Source: an uncultured delta proteobacterium (GTDB lineage: Bacteria; Myxococcota; Myxococcia; Myxococcales; Myxococcaceae). From it: a stretch of DNA of 64,000 bases. Made by a program: the position numbers and the translations under genes. Shown piece after piece: positions 41,152 to 52,602 of the stretch (positions within the stretch are counted from its first letter, which is position 1; every line of letters starts with the position of its first letter). The stretch spans positions 1,030,216-1,094,215 of the forward strand of contig CAVSWU010000003.1 in assembly GCA_963731795.1 (NCBI GenBank), given 5' to 3'. The notes beneath the pieces are model-generated. The model did not search any database. It was given only the letters and a program-made list of their open reading frames with translations, and was not told the origin of the DNA.

Positions 41152-41305
41152 GAGGGTCAAGTCTACGGGGGGTTCCCCAAAGGCCGGTAGCAAAACAAGT
41201 GGGCCCGACGGAAGAAGGTACGCAGGGCATGCAAGGGAGTCTCCGGCCGGGAGCGTTGGGGTCCCCTGCTTTCCCGCCACCTCCGCTGCTGATACTGGGA
41301 GAATC

Positions 41306-42916
41306 ATGAAGGGCCTGAGCATTGGCAGCAGGTTGATCCTGTCGTTCGCTGTCCTCATCGTGCTGCTCGTCGGCGTAGGTTGGCTGAGCCTGAGCAGGAT
41401 GGCCGCGCTCGACGAGTCGCTCGAAGAGGTGGCGAGCAAGCGCTGGACCCAGGTGCGCCTCTCGCAGGACGCCATGCACCGGGCGGAAGAGAACAGCCGG
41501 CTCACCCTGGCGATGTTCCTCGTCACGGATCGCGCGGAGCTCGACCGGCTCCTGGCCCAGCAAGAAGAAAACAGGCGCACCATCAACGCGCTGATGAGCA
41601 GAATCGAGGGGGCCCTCGAGCATGCCAGGGGCAAGTCCCTCTTCGCCGACGTGAAGGCCCTGCGAGCCCGCTACGTGGACAGCTTCACGCGCGTCCGCAC
41701 CTTGCTGCAACAGGAGAAGCGGAGCGAGTCGATGGACCTGATGGTCCGAGAGGTGATCCCCAACATCGCGAACCTCGAGCGCGCGTGGTCCGAGTTCGTC
41801 GACTATCAGGGCGAGCTGCTGACCGAGGATGCCGTGCTGAGCACGGTCACGTATCAGCGTGCTCGCGCGCTGGTCCTGGCCATGATCGCCGCGGCGGTGG
41901 TGCTGGCGGCGCTGCTCGGCCTCGCCGTCACCCGCAGCATCACCGTGCCCATTGGCCAGGTGGTGGCGCTGACGGCCCGCATCGCCCAGGGCGACCTTCA
42001 GCAGAAGATCGAGATCACCCGGCACGACGAGACAGGCCAGCTCCAGGCGGCGGTGAAGGAGATGTCCGAGCGGCTGGCGGCGATCATCAGCCAGGTGCGC
42101 GCCGGGGCCACGGCGTTGAACTCCGCGTCAGCGCAGGTCTCGTCCACCGCCCAGCTCGTCGCCCAGGGCAGCAGCGAGCAGGCCGCTTCGGTGGAGGAGA
42201 CCACCGCCAGCCTCGAGGAGATGTCGGCCTCCATCAGCCTGAACGCCGAGAACAGCCGCCGGACCGAGCAGACGGCCCTCCAGGGCGCCCGGGACGCGGA
42301 GGCGAGCGGCAAGGCGGTGAGCGAGACCGTGACGGCCATGAGGGAGATCGTCGAGAAGATCTCGATCATCGAGGAGATCGCCTACCAGACCAACCTGCTC
42401 GCGCTGAACGCCGCGATCGAGGCGGCCCGCGCCAGCGAGCATGGCCGGGGCTTCGCGGTGGTGGCCACGGAGGTGCGCAAGCTCTCCGAGCGGAGCCAGC
42501 TCGCCTCCAAGGAGATCAGCGGGCTGGCGGGCTCGAGCGTCCCCGTGGCCGAGGACTCGGGCCGGCGGCTCACCGCGCTGGTCCCCTCGATCCGGGCCAC
42601 GGCGGAGCGAGTCCAGGAGGTGGCCATGGCCTCCCGGGAGCAGTCGGCCAAGGTGACGCAGATCGGCACGACCATGGGCCTGCTGAACCAGGTCACCCAG
42701 CGCAATGCCTCGGCCGCCGAGGAGCTGGCGGCCACGGCCGAGGAGCTGGCCGCGCAGGCGGACTCGCTGCAGCAGCTCATGTCCTACTTCTCCGTGGACG
42801 TGAGGGCCGAGCTTCTCCCTCCGCGCGCCCAGCCACGCCTGGGGCCTCCGGGCTCCCACCAGGGAGCAAACCGTCACAATCCGGCGGACTTGACCCCGGG
42901 CACCTTGGCGGTGTGA
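41306..42916 (+). CDS. methyl-accepting chemotaxis protein (4HB sensor - HAMP - MA domain), 536 aa, orphan
   Basis: It has two TM segments, a HAMP domain, and the highly conserved MA core [41 protein letters not shown]. Confidence 0.8.
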   Translation: MKGLSIGSRLILSFAVLIVLLVGVGWLSLSRMAALDESLEEVASKRWTQVRLSQDAMHRAEENSRLTLAMFLVTDRAELDRLLAQQEENRRTINALMSRIEGALEHARGKSLFADVKALRARYVDSFTRVRTLLQQEKRSESMDLMVREVIPNIANLERAWSEFVDYQGELLTEDAVLSTVTYQRARALVLAMIAAAVVLAALLGLAVTRSITVPIGQVVALTARIAQGDLQQKIEITRHDETGQLQAAVKEMSERLAAIISQVRAGATALNSASAQVSSTAQLVAQGSSEQAASVEETTASLEEMSASISLNAENSRRTEQTALQGARDAEASGKAVSETVTAMREIVEKISIIEEIAYQTNLLALNAAIEAARASEHGRGFAVVATEVRKLSERSQLASKEISGLAGSSVPVAEDSGRRLTALVPSIRATAERVQEVAMASREQSAKVTQIGTTMGLLNQVTQRNASAAEELAATAEELAAQADSLQQLMSYFSVDVRAELLPPRAQPRLGPPGSHQGANRHNPADLTPGTLAV

Positions 42917-45270
42917 CCGTAGAGCAGCTGGTAGGTGTTGTACGAGCGCAGCACGCGCTTGATGTAGCCGCGTGTCTCGGCGATCGGCACCTCCTCCACC
43001 CACGCGTCCAGCGGCATGCCCTTGCGCTCGGCGCGCCAGCGCATGATCGCTCCGGAGCCCGCGTTGTAGCTGCCCACCGCGAACGGCGCGTTCCCGCCGA
43101 ACTGCTTGACGAGCTGGCCCAGGTAGTGCGCGCCCAGGCGGATGTTCATGTCCGGCTCCAGCAGGGACTCGACGCGGAAGCGCTTGATCTTGAGCTGCTG
43201 GGCCACCGACTTCGCGGTGAAGGGCATCAGCTGGGTGAGCCCCAGCGCGCCGGCCCAGGACAGGGCCTTGGGATCCAGCGCGCTCTCCTCGCGCATCAGC
43301 GCCTGCAGGAGATCCGGCTCCACTCCAGCCTCCTTGGTGTGCTTCTCGATCAGGTTCCGGTACGCGTTCGGATAGGCGATCTCCCACACCGGCCGCGTCT
43401 GCGGGGTGATGCGGCCGCTCAAGTCCCTGCGCAGCGACACGCGCGCCACCGCATGCGCGCCCCGCTCATCCCCCGCCATGGACAACAGGTGGACGATCAG
43501 CCGCGAGGGCTCGGCCGGCAGTCCATTGCGATTGACCGCCAGCAGCTCGGAGGACACCGCCTCCGGGAAGCCCAGGCGCAAGAGCTCCACGCCGGCCAGG
43601 AAGTGCGGATCCTTCTCCATGATGGGCCCGGTGTGCATGGGCCACGGGCTGGCGGACTCCGCGCTGAAGACCAGCTGCGGGGCGATGCGCGCCAGCCGCT
43701 CCTTGTCCACCTCGCCCAGCTGCGCGCGCGCCATCAGCCCGTAGTAGGTGGCCGGGTGATCCACCGCGAGCTTCTCGAAGAGCGCCACCGCTCCCTGCGT
43801 GTCACCGCGCTCCTGCAGCGTCCGCGCCCGCCAGTACCGCGCCCGCTCCACGTCATACGACTCGTCCGCATCGGCGAAGCGCTTCTCGATCTTGTCCAGG
43901 AGGGACAGCCCGCCGTCCGGCACCTTGGAGGTGCGAGCGATCCAGAAGGCCTTGAAGAGCGCCTCGCCCAGGAAGTCTCCCTGCGAGTAGTTCTTCTCCA
44001 GCTCCTCGAGCCGCGCCAGGGCCTGCTCCGGCTGGTCCGTCTTCACGTACAGGTCCGCCGCGTAGAAGAGCGCGTCGTCCGCGAAGGAGTGGCCGGGGAA
44101 CTCGTGGGCGAGCCGCTCGTACACCTGCGCCCCGCGCTTCATGTCCACGATGGAGGCCGACGAGCCCAGCACATACATGGCGCGCGGCAGCAGCTCCGCG
44201 TCCTGGCACTTCTCCACCACCGGTGAGAGCACGGCGATGGCCTTCGTGTGGTTGCGCTCCTTGCGCTGCCCCTTGCCGTAGGCGAAGTGCGCGCGGCACG
44301 CGAGCGGATCCGGCAGCTTCAGCGTGGGCAGCAGCGGCTCCAGCACCGCGAGCCCCTGCTTGTTGCGGTGCAGCTCGATCAGCTGCTCGGCGCGCGCCAC
44401 CTGAGCCTCCAGCGGCGGCTTGATGCCCCTGAGGCGCCGCTCCGCCTGCTTCGTCAGCGGCGAGAGCGGGTACAGCGACCACAGCCGCCACAGGGCCTCG
44501 CGCTCGCGCGGGCGATCCTTCTTCTCCGAGGCGATGTCCGCGACGGCGATGAGCGCCTCGGCCCCCACGTTGCGGCCGAACAGCGGCGCGGGCCGGTTCG
44601 CCAGGGGCGCGAGCGCGGCCATGGCCCCGTCGTAGTCCTTCTTCTTGCGCAGCACGCGCCCGAGCGCCAGGCGCGCGTCCACGTACAGCTTCGAGTCCTC
44701 CGACACGGCCGCGAACCTCTTCGCCGCCTCATCGAACTTGCCGAGATCCTCCAGCGCCATGCCCGCATGCGTGAGGCAGCGATCCCTCAGCGCCGGGTAG
44801 TCCTCCGCCAGGGAGGCCATCTCCACGGCCGCGCGGGTATCGTCCCCCGCACGCACGGCGCTCAGGGCGCGCAGGTAGCGCACCGGCAGCGAGTCTCCCT
44901 CGTTCGCCAGCAGCTCCCGGGACTTGAGGTACAGGCCCCGATCGAAGGCCGCCTTGGCCTCCTTCTTCTTGCCCTCGGCGAAGTAAGGCATCAGCTCCGC
45001 CAGCCCGTAGGCCTTGCCCTTCGGCACCTCGACTTCAACCTTCTTGGGAGGCTCCGCCACCACGGGCATCGGGAAGGCGGGGTTGAAGATCTCCACGTAC
45101 TCCGGCGGCAGCGGAGCCTTCTCCGCGTCCGGGGGCGGAGTCAGCTGCGCCTCGGTAGGAGCGCCGTCGGTCCGGGGTTGGGGCGCACTCGTGGCCTCGG
45201 TGGCCACCGGCTGCGCGGAGGCCAGTGACGCAAAGGAGACGACGGCAATCAGCGAAAGGGCGGATTTCAT
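42874..45270 (-). CDS. soluble lytic murein transglycosylase (Slt70-like: superhelical TPR-like domain + SLT domain), 798 aa
   Basis: It has a signal peptide and the C-terminal catalytic motif [22 protein letters not shown] ... YNAGSGAI. Confidence 0.75.
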   Translation of the reverse strand: MKSALSLIAVVSFASLASAQPVATEATSAPQPRTDGAPTEAQLTPPPDAEKAPLPPEYVEIFNPAFPMPVVAEPPKKVEVEVPKGKAYGLAELMPYFAEGKKKEAKAAFDRGLYLKSRELLANEGDSLPVRYLRALSAVRAGDDTRAAVEMASLAEDYPALRDRCLTHAGMALEDLGKFDEAAKRFAAVSEDSKLYVDARLALGRVLRKKKDYDGAMAALAPLANRPAPLFGRNVGAEALIAVADIASEKKDRPREREALWRLWSLYPLSPLTKQAERRLRGIKPPLEAQVARAEQLIELHRNKQGLAVLEPLLPTLKLPDPLACRAHFAYGKGQRKERNHTKAIAVLSPVVEKCQDAELLPRAMYVLGSSASIVDMKRGAQVYERLAHEFPGHSFADDALFYAADLYVKTDQPEQALARLEELEKNYSQGDFLGEALFKAFWIARTSKVPDGGLSLLDKIEKRFADADESYDVERARYWRARTLQERGDTQGAVALFEKLAVDHPATYYGLMARAQLGEVDKERLARIAPQLVFSAESASPWPMHTGPIMEKDPHFLAGVELLRLGFPEAVSSELLAVNRNGLPAEPSRLIVHLLSMAGDERGAHAVARVSLRRDLSGRITPQTRPVWEIAYPNAYRNLIEKHTKEAGVEPDLLQALMREESALDPKALSWAGALGLTQLMPFTAKSVAQQLKIKRFRVESLLEPDMNIRLGAHYLGQLVKQFGGNAPFAVGSYNAGSGAIMRWRAERKGMPLDAWVEEVPIAETRGYIKRVLRSYNTYQLLYGHTAKVPGVKSAGL

Positions 45271-45378
45271 GGGGGCGGGCTTGCAGCCCTGGTGGATGCG
45301 CTCGGGCACGCCCGAGGACAATGGGAGACACTCGAAAAATTTCCGGACGTGGACACAGGTTAGACTGTTCGCTCGAAC

Positions 45379-47619
45379 ATGGACATCCGAACCCAGAGCG
45401 CGCTCCTCGCGTCCCTCCTCGGCCTGGCGCTCGGGCTGTCGATGCTGCTGCGGCCAGGCAGGCCGCGGGTGGTGACGCTGTATTCCGTCTTCGCCCTGAC
45501 TGTGGCGGGGTACTACCTCGCGCTCTTCTTCGCCGGCATCTTCCCCGAGCCGGGATGGGTGTCCAGAATCGCCGTGGGCGCCACCATCCTGCTGGCCTCC
45601 TTCGTTCCCGGCACGGCCGTCTCCTTCTTCCTGGAGTTCCTGGGTGTCAGCAAGGGCACCCACATGCTCGGCCGGCGGCTGGCCCTGCTCTCGAGCGTGT
45701 TCGGTGTGGTGGTGGCGCGTCACCCCGCTGGCGCAGACGAACTGGGCGCGGCTGGCCACGGGCGGGTGGGTGCTCGGTCACCCTGCTCACCTCGGTGAGC
45801 CTGCTGCTGAACCGGGTGCGCACCCAGGAGTCGCGCATTGAACGGTTGCGGCTCATGTACCTGGCCATCGGGGCCGGGGCCTCCGTCCTGCTGACGGCGC
45901 TGGAGCTGGTGGGCCGGCGCTATGACATCCCCCTGCCTCCGCTGGGGCCCATCTTCTCCACGCTCTACCTCTTCTTCCTGGCCCAGACGCTGCTGCGGCT
46001 GCGGCTGATGGACCTGCACGAGCTGCTGGGGAAGATCGCCTCGCAGACGGTGCTGGCCTTCATCCTCGCCGCCGTCTTCACGGTGCTCACCGCCTGGGTG
46101 AAGGAGAAGACGGGCCTGTTCGTCTTCAACACGGTGGTGGCCGCCTTCGTCATCATCATCCTCATGGAGCCGCTGAGGGTGAAGGTGGAGGAGCAGGTGG
46201 TGGCCATCTTCTTCCGCGAGCGCTTCGAGCTGCTGCGCGCGCTGGGAGCGCTCCGGGCGCGCATGGCCACCGTCATCGACATCTCCGAGGTGACGCGGAT
46301 GCTGCTGGACGCGCTCCACGAGACGGGCCGCATCACCCACGCCTCCGTGTACATGCTGGCGGAGGCTCGGCCGGGCTACCGGCTGCTGGACTCGCGCGGC
46401 CCGCCGCCCGAGGGCTTCCTGGATACGGCCGCGGCGCGCGGGCTGCTCCTGGCGGCCGCCTCGGGACAGAAGGCCGTGCTGCTGGAGAACGTGGAGAACC
46501 GGCTCACGGACGCTGCGGGTGCAGGCCACCGAGGGCAAGCGCTTCCGCGACGAGATCAAGCGCCTGCAGGACACCCGCGCCTCGCTGCTGCAGATGAAGT
46601 CCGGCATCTCCGTGCCCCTGGTGGGCAATGATCGGGTGATCGGCTTCCTGAACCTGTGGGACGAGCGCGTGCCAGAGGCCTACGCCTCGGATGAGATCGC
46701 CCTCATCCTCTCGGTGGCCGAGCGCGTGGCCACGGTGCTGGAGAACTCGAAGCTGTACGAGAAGATCCGCGAGCGCGATCGCCTGGCGGCGCTGGGTGAG
46801 ATGGCGGCGGGCCTGGCGCATGAGATCCGCAACCCGCTGGGCGCCATCAAGGGCGCGGCGCAGTGCCTGGATCCCAAGCGGCTACCGGGCGAGGACGGCG
46901 AGTTCTTGGGCGTCATCGTCGAGGAGGTGAACCGGCTCAACGGTGTGGTGACGGCGTTCCTGGACTACGCGCGCCCGCTCAAGCAGAGCTTCGGGCCCAC
47001 CGATCTCAACGAGGTGGTGGCGCGCACCATGCGCCTCATCCAGAACGACGTGCCCAAGCAGATCGAGTTGGCGCTGCAGTTGGATCTGACGGTGCCGCGC
47101 GTGGACGCGGACGCCGAGCAGCTCAAGCAGGTGCTCATCAACCTGGTGCAGAACGCGGTGCAGGCCACCGGCGAGGCCCCCGGCCGCATCACCGTGGGCA
47201 CGGTGAAGCCGGACCGCTTCAGCGACTTCCGGGGCAACATGAACGAGTTCGTCGAGGTCCAAGTCTCCGACACGGGGCCCGGCATCCCCCTGGACCAGCA
47301 ACAGCACATCTTCGTGCCCTTCTTCACCACCAAACAGAAGGGCACGGGGCTGGGGTTGGCCATCTGTCAGCGCATTGTCAAGAACCATGGCGGCAGCATC
47401 TCCGTCCACAGCAAGCCCGGCGAGGGGTGCTCCTTTGTCATCCGCCTGCCTGCGCTGCCGGCGGAGCCACAGCCGGTAGAGGCCTCCCCTACGGAGGGTA
47501 CGCCCTTGCCCTCGCCCCGGCCTCCGCTCCCTCCTCCAATCGAGGAACCCCGGGAGAGCCCGTCTTCCAAATCCTCAGAGTCCAAGCCCAAGCGAGAAAA
47601 GAAGCGCAAGGCGAGCTGA
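45379..47619 (+). CDS. membrane sensor histidine kinase (multi-TM - GAF - HisKA - HATPase); about 3 frameshifts (about 45715, 45780, 46515)
   Basis: Segments lie in ORFs 45379..45798, 45225..46631 and 46519..47619. The H-box is GLAHEIRNPLGAI, the N-box is LINLVQNAVQA, and G1/G2 are DTGPGIP...GTGLGLAI. There is no receiver domain. Confidence 0.65.
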
Positions 47620-47725
47620 AAGAAGCGCCAGGCAGGCTCATCCAGCTTGATACAGTGGTCGCCGTGAGTCGTAGGCGAGCGGCCCACCCCTGGGGTAGAA
47701 AAGCACCTGGAGTTCGGAGAACCTC

Positions 47726-48763
47726 ATGAGCAAGCCCATCCAAGTCCTCCTCACCGACGATTCCCCCACGATGCTGCAGGTCCTCACGCGGCTGCTGTCA
47801 GCCCAGCCGGACGTGACCGTGGTGGGAACCGCTCGCGACGGCGAGGAGGCCGTCGTGCTGGCGCGCTCCCTGAAGCCGGATGTCATCACCCTGGACGTGC
47901 AGATGCCGGGGATGGATGGCCTGGGCGCCACCGAGCGCATCATGGCGGAGACGCCCTGCCGCATCCTCATGGTCTCGGGCGCGCCGGACACGGACCTGTC
48001 CTTCCGCGCGCTGCAGGCCGGAGCGCTGGAGGTGATCTCCAAGCCGCAGGGCTCGCCGGAGGACGTGGCGCGCTTCGGGGTGCGGCTGCTGTCCGCCATC
48101 CGACTGTTGGCCGAGGTGAAGCTCGTCACCCAGCGCCGCGAGGGCCACGCCACCGCGCCCGCGCTGCCATCGAACGCGCGCGTGGCGGGCTTCGCGCTGT
48201 CCTCGTCCATCGGCGGGCCTACGGCGCTGGCCTCGCTGCTGTGGCTGTTGCCGCGCAGCCTGCCCTTCCCGCTCTTCATCGCCCAGCACATCACCCCGGG
48301 TTTCACCGTGGGCCTGCACCGGTGGCTCTCGTCGCTGTCTCCGCTGCCGGTGGAGATCGCCCGCGCCTCCGAGCAGCCCCGGGCCGGCACCGTCTATCTC
48401 GCGCCGGACGGCCACCACCTCCGGGTGGGCATGCAGGGCGAGCTCGTCATCGAGAAGGCCTCGGGCAGCACCTTCCCCTCGGGAGATCTGCTGCTGGCGT
48501 CGCTGTCGCGCGCCTTTGGCTCCCACGCCGCCGGCGCGGTGCTCAGCGGCATGGGCGAGGAGGGCGCGGTGGGCCTGATGGCCATCAAGCGCGCCGGCGG
48601 GCTCACCTTCGCGCAGGATCCCGAGACGTGCCTGGTGGCGGGGATGCCGGAGGCGGCGCTGCGCAACAAGGCCACCGAGCACCGCGTCTCGCCCGAGGCC
48701 CTGGCCAACATCCTCCGTTCACTCGAGGGCATGCCCCCGCCGGGCACTCCCCCAGGCATCTGA
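47726..48763 (+). CDS. CheB-type response regulator (REC + methylesterase/deamidase domain), copy 1, intact
   Basis: The REC domain has LLTDDSPTML ... DVITLDVQMPGMDG. The CheB catalytic domain has SSSIGGP...FIAQH...GMGEEGAVGL. Confidence 0.75.
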   Translation: MSKPIQVLLTDDSPTMLQVLTRLLSAQPDVTVVGTARDGEEAVVLARSLKPDVITLDVQMPGMDGLGATERIMAETPCRILMVSGAPDTDLSFRALQAGALEVISKPQGSPEDVARFGVRLLSAIRLLAEVKLVTQRREGHATAPALPSNARVAGFALSSSIGGPTALASLLWLLPRSLPFPLFIAQHITPGFTVGLHRWLSSLSPLPVEIARASEQPRAGTVYLAPDGHHLRVGMQGELVIEKASGSTFPSGDLLLASLSRAFGSHAAGAVLSGMGEEGAVGLMAIKRAGGLTFAQDPETCLVAGMPEAALRNKATEHRVSPEALANILRSLEGMPPPGTPPGI

Positions 48764-48842
48764 TCCTGCTCTGGCCGGGAGAATCGTCAGGGCTGTATGG
48801 CACGGTTCCCCGAGCACTCTCGCCCCCCTCTCCGAGGCGCAC

Positions 48843-49895
48843 ATGAGCTCCACCATCCGAGTCCTCATCGCGGACGACTCGCCCACCATGCTGAAGATGT
48901 ACTCGGCACTGCTGTCCTCGGCGCCGGACATCCAGGTCATTGGTACGGCTAAGGATGGAGAGGAGGCCGTAGAGCTGGCGCGCACGCTGAAGCCGGATGT
49001 GATCACCCTGGACGTGCGCATGCCGCGCATGGACGGCATCGAGGCCAGCTCGCGCATCATGAATGAGGCCCCGAGCCGCATCCTGGTCATCTCGGGGGCG
49101 GTGGACGCGGAGATGTCCTTCAAGGCGCTGCAGGCCGGAGCGCTGGAGGTCATGCCCAAGCCGCGCCCCGGCCTGGAGGGCCTGGCCAACTTCGGCGTGA
49201 AGCTGATCCACATCATCCGGACGATGGCCGAGTTGCCGCTGGCCGAGCGCCGGCCGTCTCCCCCTCCCGTCCAGGCTCCAGTGCCCACGGTGCCCGCGCA
49301 GCAGGCCCGGGTGAATGGCTTCGGGCTGGTGGCCTCCACGGGCGGTCCGCCCGCGCTCTGCCTGCTGCTGTCGCTGCTGCCGCCGAAGCTCCCCTACCCC
49401 ATCTTCATCGCCCAGCACGTCTCGGACGGCTTCACCGCGGGGCTGTGCCAGTGGCTGGGCGCCGCCTCCACGCTGCAGCTCGAGGTGGCGCAGACGGGCA
49501 CCCGGCCCCAGGCGGGCTATGTCTACCTGCCACCGGACGGGCACCAGCTGCAGGTGATGCTGACGGGAGAGCTGCTCGTGGAGCCCATCCCGGCCGCCAA
49601 GGCCGCGCTCGGGGATACGCTGCTGGCCTCGCTGGCGCTCGCCTACGGCAACCGGGCCGGGGGCGCGGTGCTCACGGGCATGGGCTCGGATGGAGCCTCG
49701 GGGCTGCTGGCCATCCGTCGCGCGGGAGGGATCACCTTCGCGCAGAGCCCGGAGAGCTGTGTCGTCCCCGGCATGCCCGAGGCGGCGCTGCGCAACGGCG
49801 CCACCGACACCGTCCTGTCGCTGGAGGGCCTGGCCTCGGCCATGCGCGCCCTCACCGGCTCGGCCCCGCCGACGACCCCGCCCGTTCGCAACTGA
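48843..49895 (+). CDS. CheB-type response regulator, copy 2, intact
   Basis: It has the same architecture as copy 1 and is very similar to copy 3. Confidence 0.75.
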   Translation: MSSTIRVLIADDSPTMLKMYSALLSSAPDIQVIGTAKDGEEAVELARTLKPDVITLDVRMPRMDGIEASSRIMNEAPSRILVISGAVDAEMSFKALQAGALEVMPKPRPGLEGLANFGVKLIHIIRTMAELPLAERRPSPPPVQAPVPTVPAQQARVNGFGLVASTGGPPALCLLLSLLPPKLPYPIFIAQHVSDGFTAGLCQWLGAASTLQLEVAQTGTRPQAGYVYLPPDGHQLQVMLTGELLVEPIPAAKAALGDTLLASLALAYGNRAGGAVLTGMGSDGASGLLAIRRAGGITFAQSPESCVVPGMPEAALRNGATDTVLSLEGLASAMRALTGSAPPTTPPVRN

Positions 49896-49994
49896 GCGCC
49901 TCCCCGTTTCAGGCAGGATCGTCTCGGACGTAACAGTCCGCCTCGAGCCCCGCGACTGCGCACGCTACCCAAAGCGTAGGATGCAAGCCACACT

Positions 49995-50009
49995 GCTGGT
50001 AGAATCTAC
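49995..50009. promoter_or_regulatory. perfect palindrome TGGTAGA-a-TCTACCA about 55 nt upstream of the third cheB-like gene
   Basis: This is a 15-bp dyad in the 167-nt spacer, and a candidate operator. Confidence 0.3.
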
Positions 50010-50062
50010 CAAGTAGGCTTTTCGTCCTCCCTGCTGCGCGCCCGACAGCCTCCGAGGTGCTC

Positions 50063-51107
50063 ATGAACAAGCCGATTCAGGTCCTCCTTGCGGATGACTC
50101 GCCCACCATTCTGCGGATGTTCACCGGATTGCTCGCCGCCGCCCCGGACATCCGGGTCATCGGCACAGCGAATGATGGAAAGGAAGCGGTGGCGATGACC
50201 CAGTCGCTCCGCCCGGACATCGTCACCCTGGATGTGCGGATGCCCGCGGATGGACGGCATCGAGGCCAGCTCGCGCATCATGAGCGAGGCCCCGAGCCGC
50301 ATCCTGGTCATCTCGGGGGCGATGGACGCGGAGCTGTCCTTCAAGGCGCTGCAGGCCGGAGCGCTGGAGGTGATGGCCAAGCCGACTCCCGGCAAGGAGG
50401 GCGGCCTGACGGGCTTCGGCAACCAGCTCATCCACACCATCCGGGCGATGGCGGAGATCCCCCTGGCTACACGCAAGCTGGTGCTCGGCCACCCGGCGCC
50501 GCCGCCGCTGCTGCGCGGAGGGCGGGTGAACGGCTTCGGGCTGGTGGCCGCCACGGGAGGCCCGCCCGCGCTGGCCATGTTGCTGTCGCTGCTGCCTCCG
50601 AGCCTTCCGTACCCGCTCTTCATCGCCCAGCACGTGTCGGTGGGCTTCACCTCGGGCCTGCGCCAGTGGCTGAGCGCGGCCTCGCCGCTGCAGCTGGAGG
50701 TGGCGCGCACGGGCACCCGGCCCCAGCCGGGCCACGTCTACCTGGCTCCGGACGGGCACTTGATGCAGGTGCTCATGACGGGCGAGCTGCTCGTGGAGTC
50801 GGTCCACGGCCGCCACGTGACGGCGGGAGACACGCTGCTGACCTCGCTGGCGCGCGCCCATGGAAACCGGGCTGGGGGCGCGGTGCTCACGGGCATGGGC
50901 ACGGACGGAGCCATGGGGCTGCTGGCCATCCGTCGCGCGGGAGGCCTGACGCTCGTGCAGAGCCCCGAGAGCTGTGTCGTCTCGAGCATGCCCGAGTCGG
51001 CGCTGCGCATGAGGGCCGCGGAGACGTCGCTCACCATCGATGCGCTGGCCTCGGCCATGCGTGCGCTCTCGGGCGCGCTGCCCACGGCCCTGGGCATGCG
51101 GAGCTGA
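50063..51107 (+). CDS. CheB-type response regulator, copy 3; one frameshift near 50245
   Basis: The N-terminus is [20 protein letters not shown]...LDVRMP. An indel follows, and the rest lies in ORF 50232..51107 ([25 protein letters not shown]...). The nucleotide sequence around the shift is nearly identical to copy 2. Confidence 0.65.
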
Positions 51108-51276
51108 GCTCCCGGCCTGGCGAAGCGGATCTCGTTTCTTGAGGGTTGGCACTGCCGCCAACCCCGGCGGGATCCGTCAGCCCCAGGGCAGTCGGCCTGT
51201 GCTCGCGCGAACACTGCGCGTGGATCCTCACGCGGTGGGGTCGCGGACTTTTCGCCCCGGATCGAGCTTGGCGGGG

Positions 51277-52596
51277 ATGCAGATCGGCAAATACCAGCTC
51301 ATCCGCAAGCTCGCGACCGGGGGAATGGCCGAGGTCTTCCTCGCCAAGGTCGCTGGCCCCATGGACTTCGAGAAGGAAGTGGTGGTCAAGCGCATCCTGC
51401 CGCACCTCGCGGGGGACGAGGACTTCGTGGAGATGTTCTTCACCGAGGCCAAGCTGGCCGCGCGGCTCAACCACCCCAACATCGTCCAGATCTTCGACTT
51501 CGGTCAGGCCGACGGCACGTACTACCTGGCCATGGAGTACATCGACGGCCTGAACCTGCGCGGGCTCTTGAAGCGGGTGAACGCGCTCGAGATGGCGCTG
51601 TCCCCGGTGCTCTGCTCCCGGCTGATCGCGACGGCCTGCGAGGGGCTGGCCTTCGCCCATGAGCTCCAGGATCCGGACACGGGCCAGCTCCTGGGGCTGA
51701 TCCACCGGGACGTGAGCCTCGACAACATCCTGCTGTCCCGGCAGGGCGCGGTGAAGATCGTGGACTTCGGCATCGCCAAGGCGGCCAACCAGAGCCACCA
51801 CACGTTGACCGGAGTCATCAAGGGCAAGCTCTCGTACATGGCACCCGAGCAGATCCGCAGCAATCCGCTGGATCTGCGGGTGGACGTGTACGCGCTGGGG
51901 ATCGTCTTCTACGAGCTGCTCACCGGCCGCAAGCCATTCAACGCGACCACCGAAGCGAGCATGGCGCAGGCCATCCTCTACGAGCCGCCCGTGCCCGCGG
52001 TGGAGCGCCGGCCGGATCTGCCCGAGGCTGTGTCGAAGATCCTCGAGCGTGCGCTCGCCAAGGAGCGCGAGCAGCGCTACCCGGACTGCCGCGCGTTCCA
52101 GTCGGAGTTGGAGGACTTCATCCTCTCCACGGGGAAGAAGGTGGGCGTGCACCGGATCGCGCAGTTCGTGTCGAAGATCATCGACAGCGCGCCCACGGAG
52201 CCCCCGGCCCCACCGAGCAGCGCGCCGCAAGCCTCACCGCCTCCGCCGCCGCGCATCGCCCTGGTATCACCTCAACGCTTCTCGCCGCCCCCACCTCCGC
52301 CTGCGCGCCCCTTTCCACCGGTTCCGCCGGGGACCGCCGTCACGAAGGCGGAGACGCCTCCGAAGCTCCGGCTCGTCCAGGCCCCGCCCGCGAAGCCGAG
52401 CCCACCTTCGGATGAGCCAAAGCCCCTGCCAGCCCGAGCACTCTTCAAGCCGCACCCGCGAGCCGGGCTGCTGTGGGCCCTCGCCGCCGTGGGGATGCTC
52501 ATGGCGGGAGGAGGTATCGTGGCCTGGCGTATGGGCAACAAGCAGAAGCCCCCGGAGCACACGAACGCGCCCCGGGTGGAACGCAAGCAGGACTGA
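51277..52596 (+). CDS. Ser/Thr protein kinase (Hanks-type) with a Pro-rich linker and a C-terminal TM segment
   Basis: It has the VAIK-like VVKRIL, the catalytic loop [14 protein letters not shown], and the APE-like SYMAPEQ. Confidence 0.8.
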   Translation: MQIGKYQLIRKLATGGMAEVFLAKVAGPMDFEKEVVVKRILPHLAGDEDFVEMFFTEAKLAARLNHPNIVQIFDFGQADGTYYLAMEYIDGLNLRGLLKRVNALEMALSPVLCSRLIATACEGLAFAHELQDPDTGQLLGLIHRDVSLDNILLSRQGAVKIVDFGIAKAANQSHHTLTGVIKGKLSYMAPEQIRSNPLDLRVDVYALGIVFYELLTGRKPFNATTEASMAQAILYEPPVPAVERRPDLPEAVSKILERALAKEREQRYPDCRAFQSELEDFILSTGKKVGVHRIAQFVSKIIDSAPTEPPAPPSSAPQASPPPPPRIALVSPQRFSPPPPPPARPFPPVPPGTAVTKAETPPKLRLVQAPPAKPSPPSDEPKPLPARALFKPHPRAGLLWALAAVGMLMAGGGIVAWRMGNKQKPPEHTNAPRVERKQD

Positions 52597-52602
52597 GCCC
52601 TC

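Noticed and set aside
41195-41285. Possible tRNA-Sec (selC) in the spacer upstream of selA, starting GGAAGAAGG...
   Set aside because: No acceptor-stem complementarity could be formed with the 3' end, and the candidate is only about 70 nt long (tRNA-Sec is about 90-100 nt). It is most likely ordinary promoter or leader sequence for the divergent selA/MCP pair.
47620-47725. Possible sigma-54 element cTGGGGtagaaaaGCAcc upstream of cheB copy 1
   Set aside because: The GG-to-GC spacing is 9-11 rather than 12, and the -12 region does not match TTGCW.
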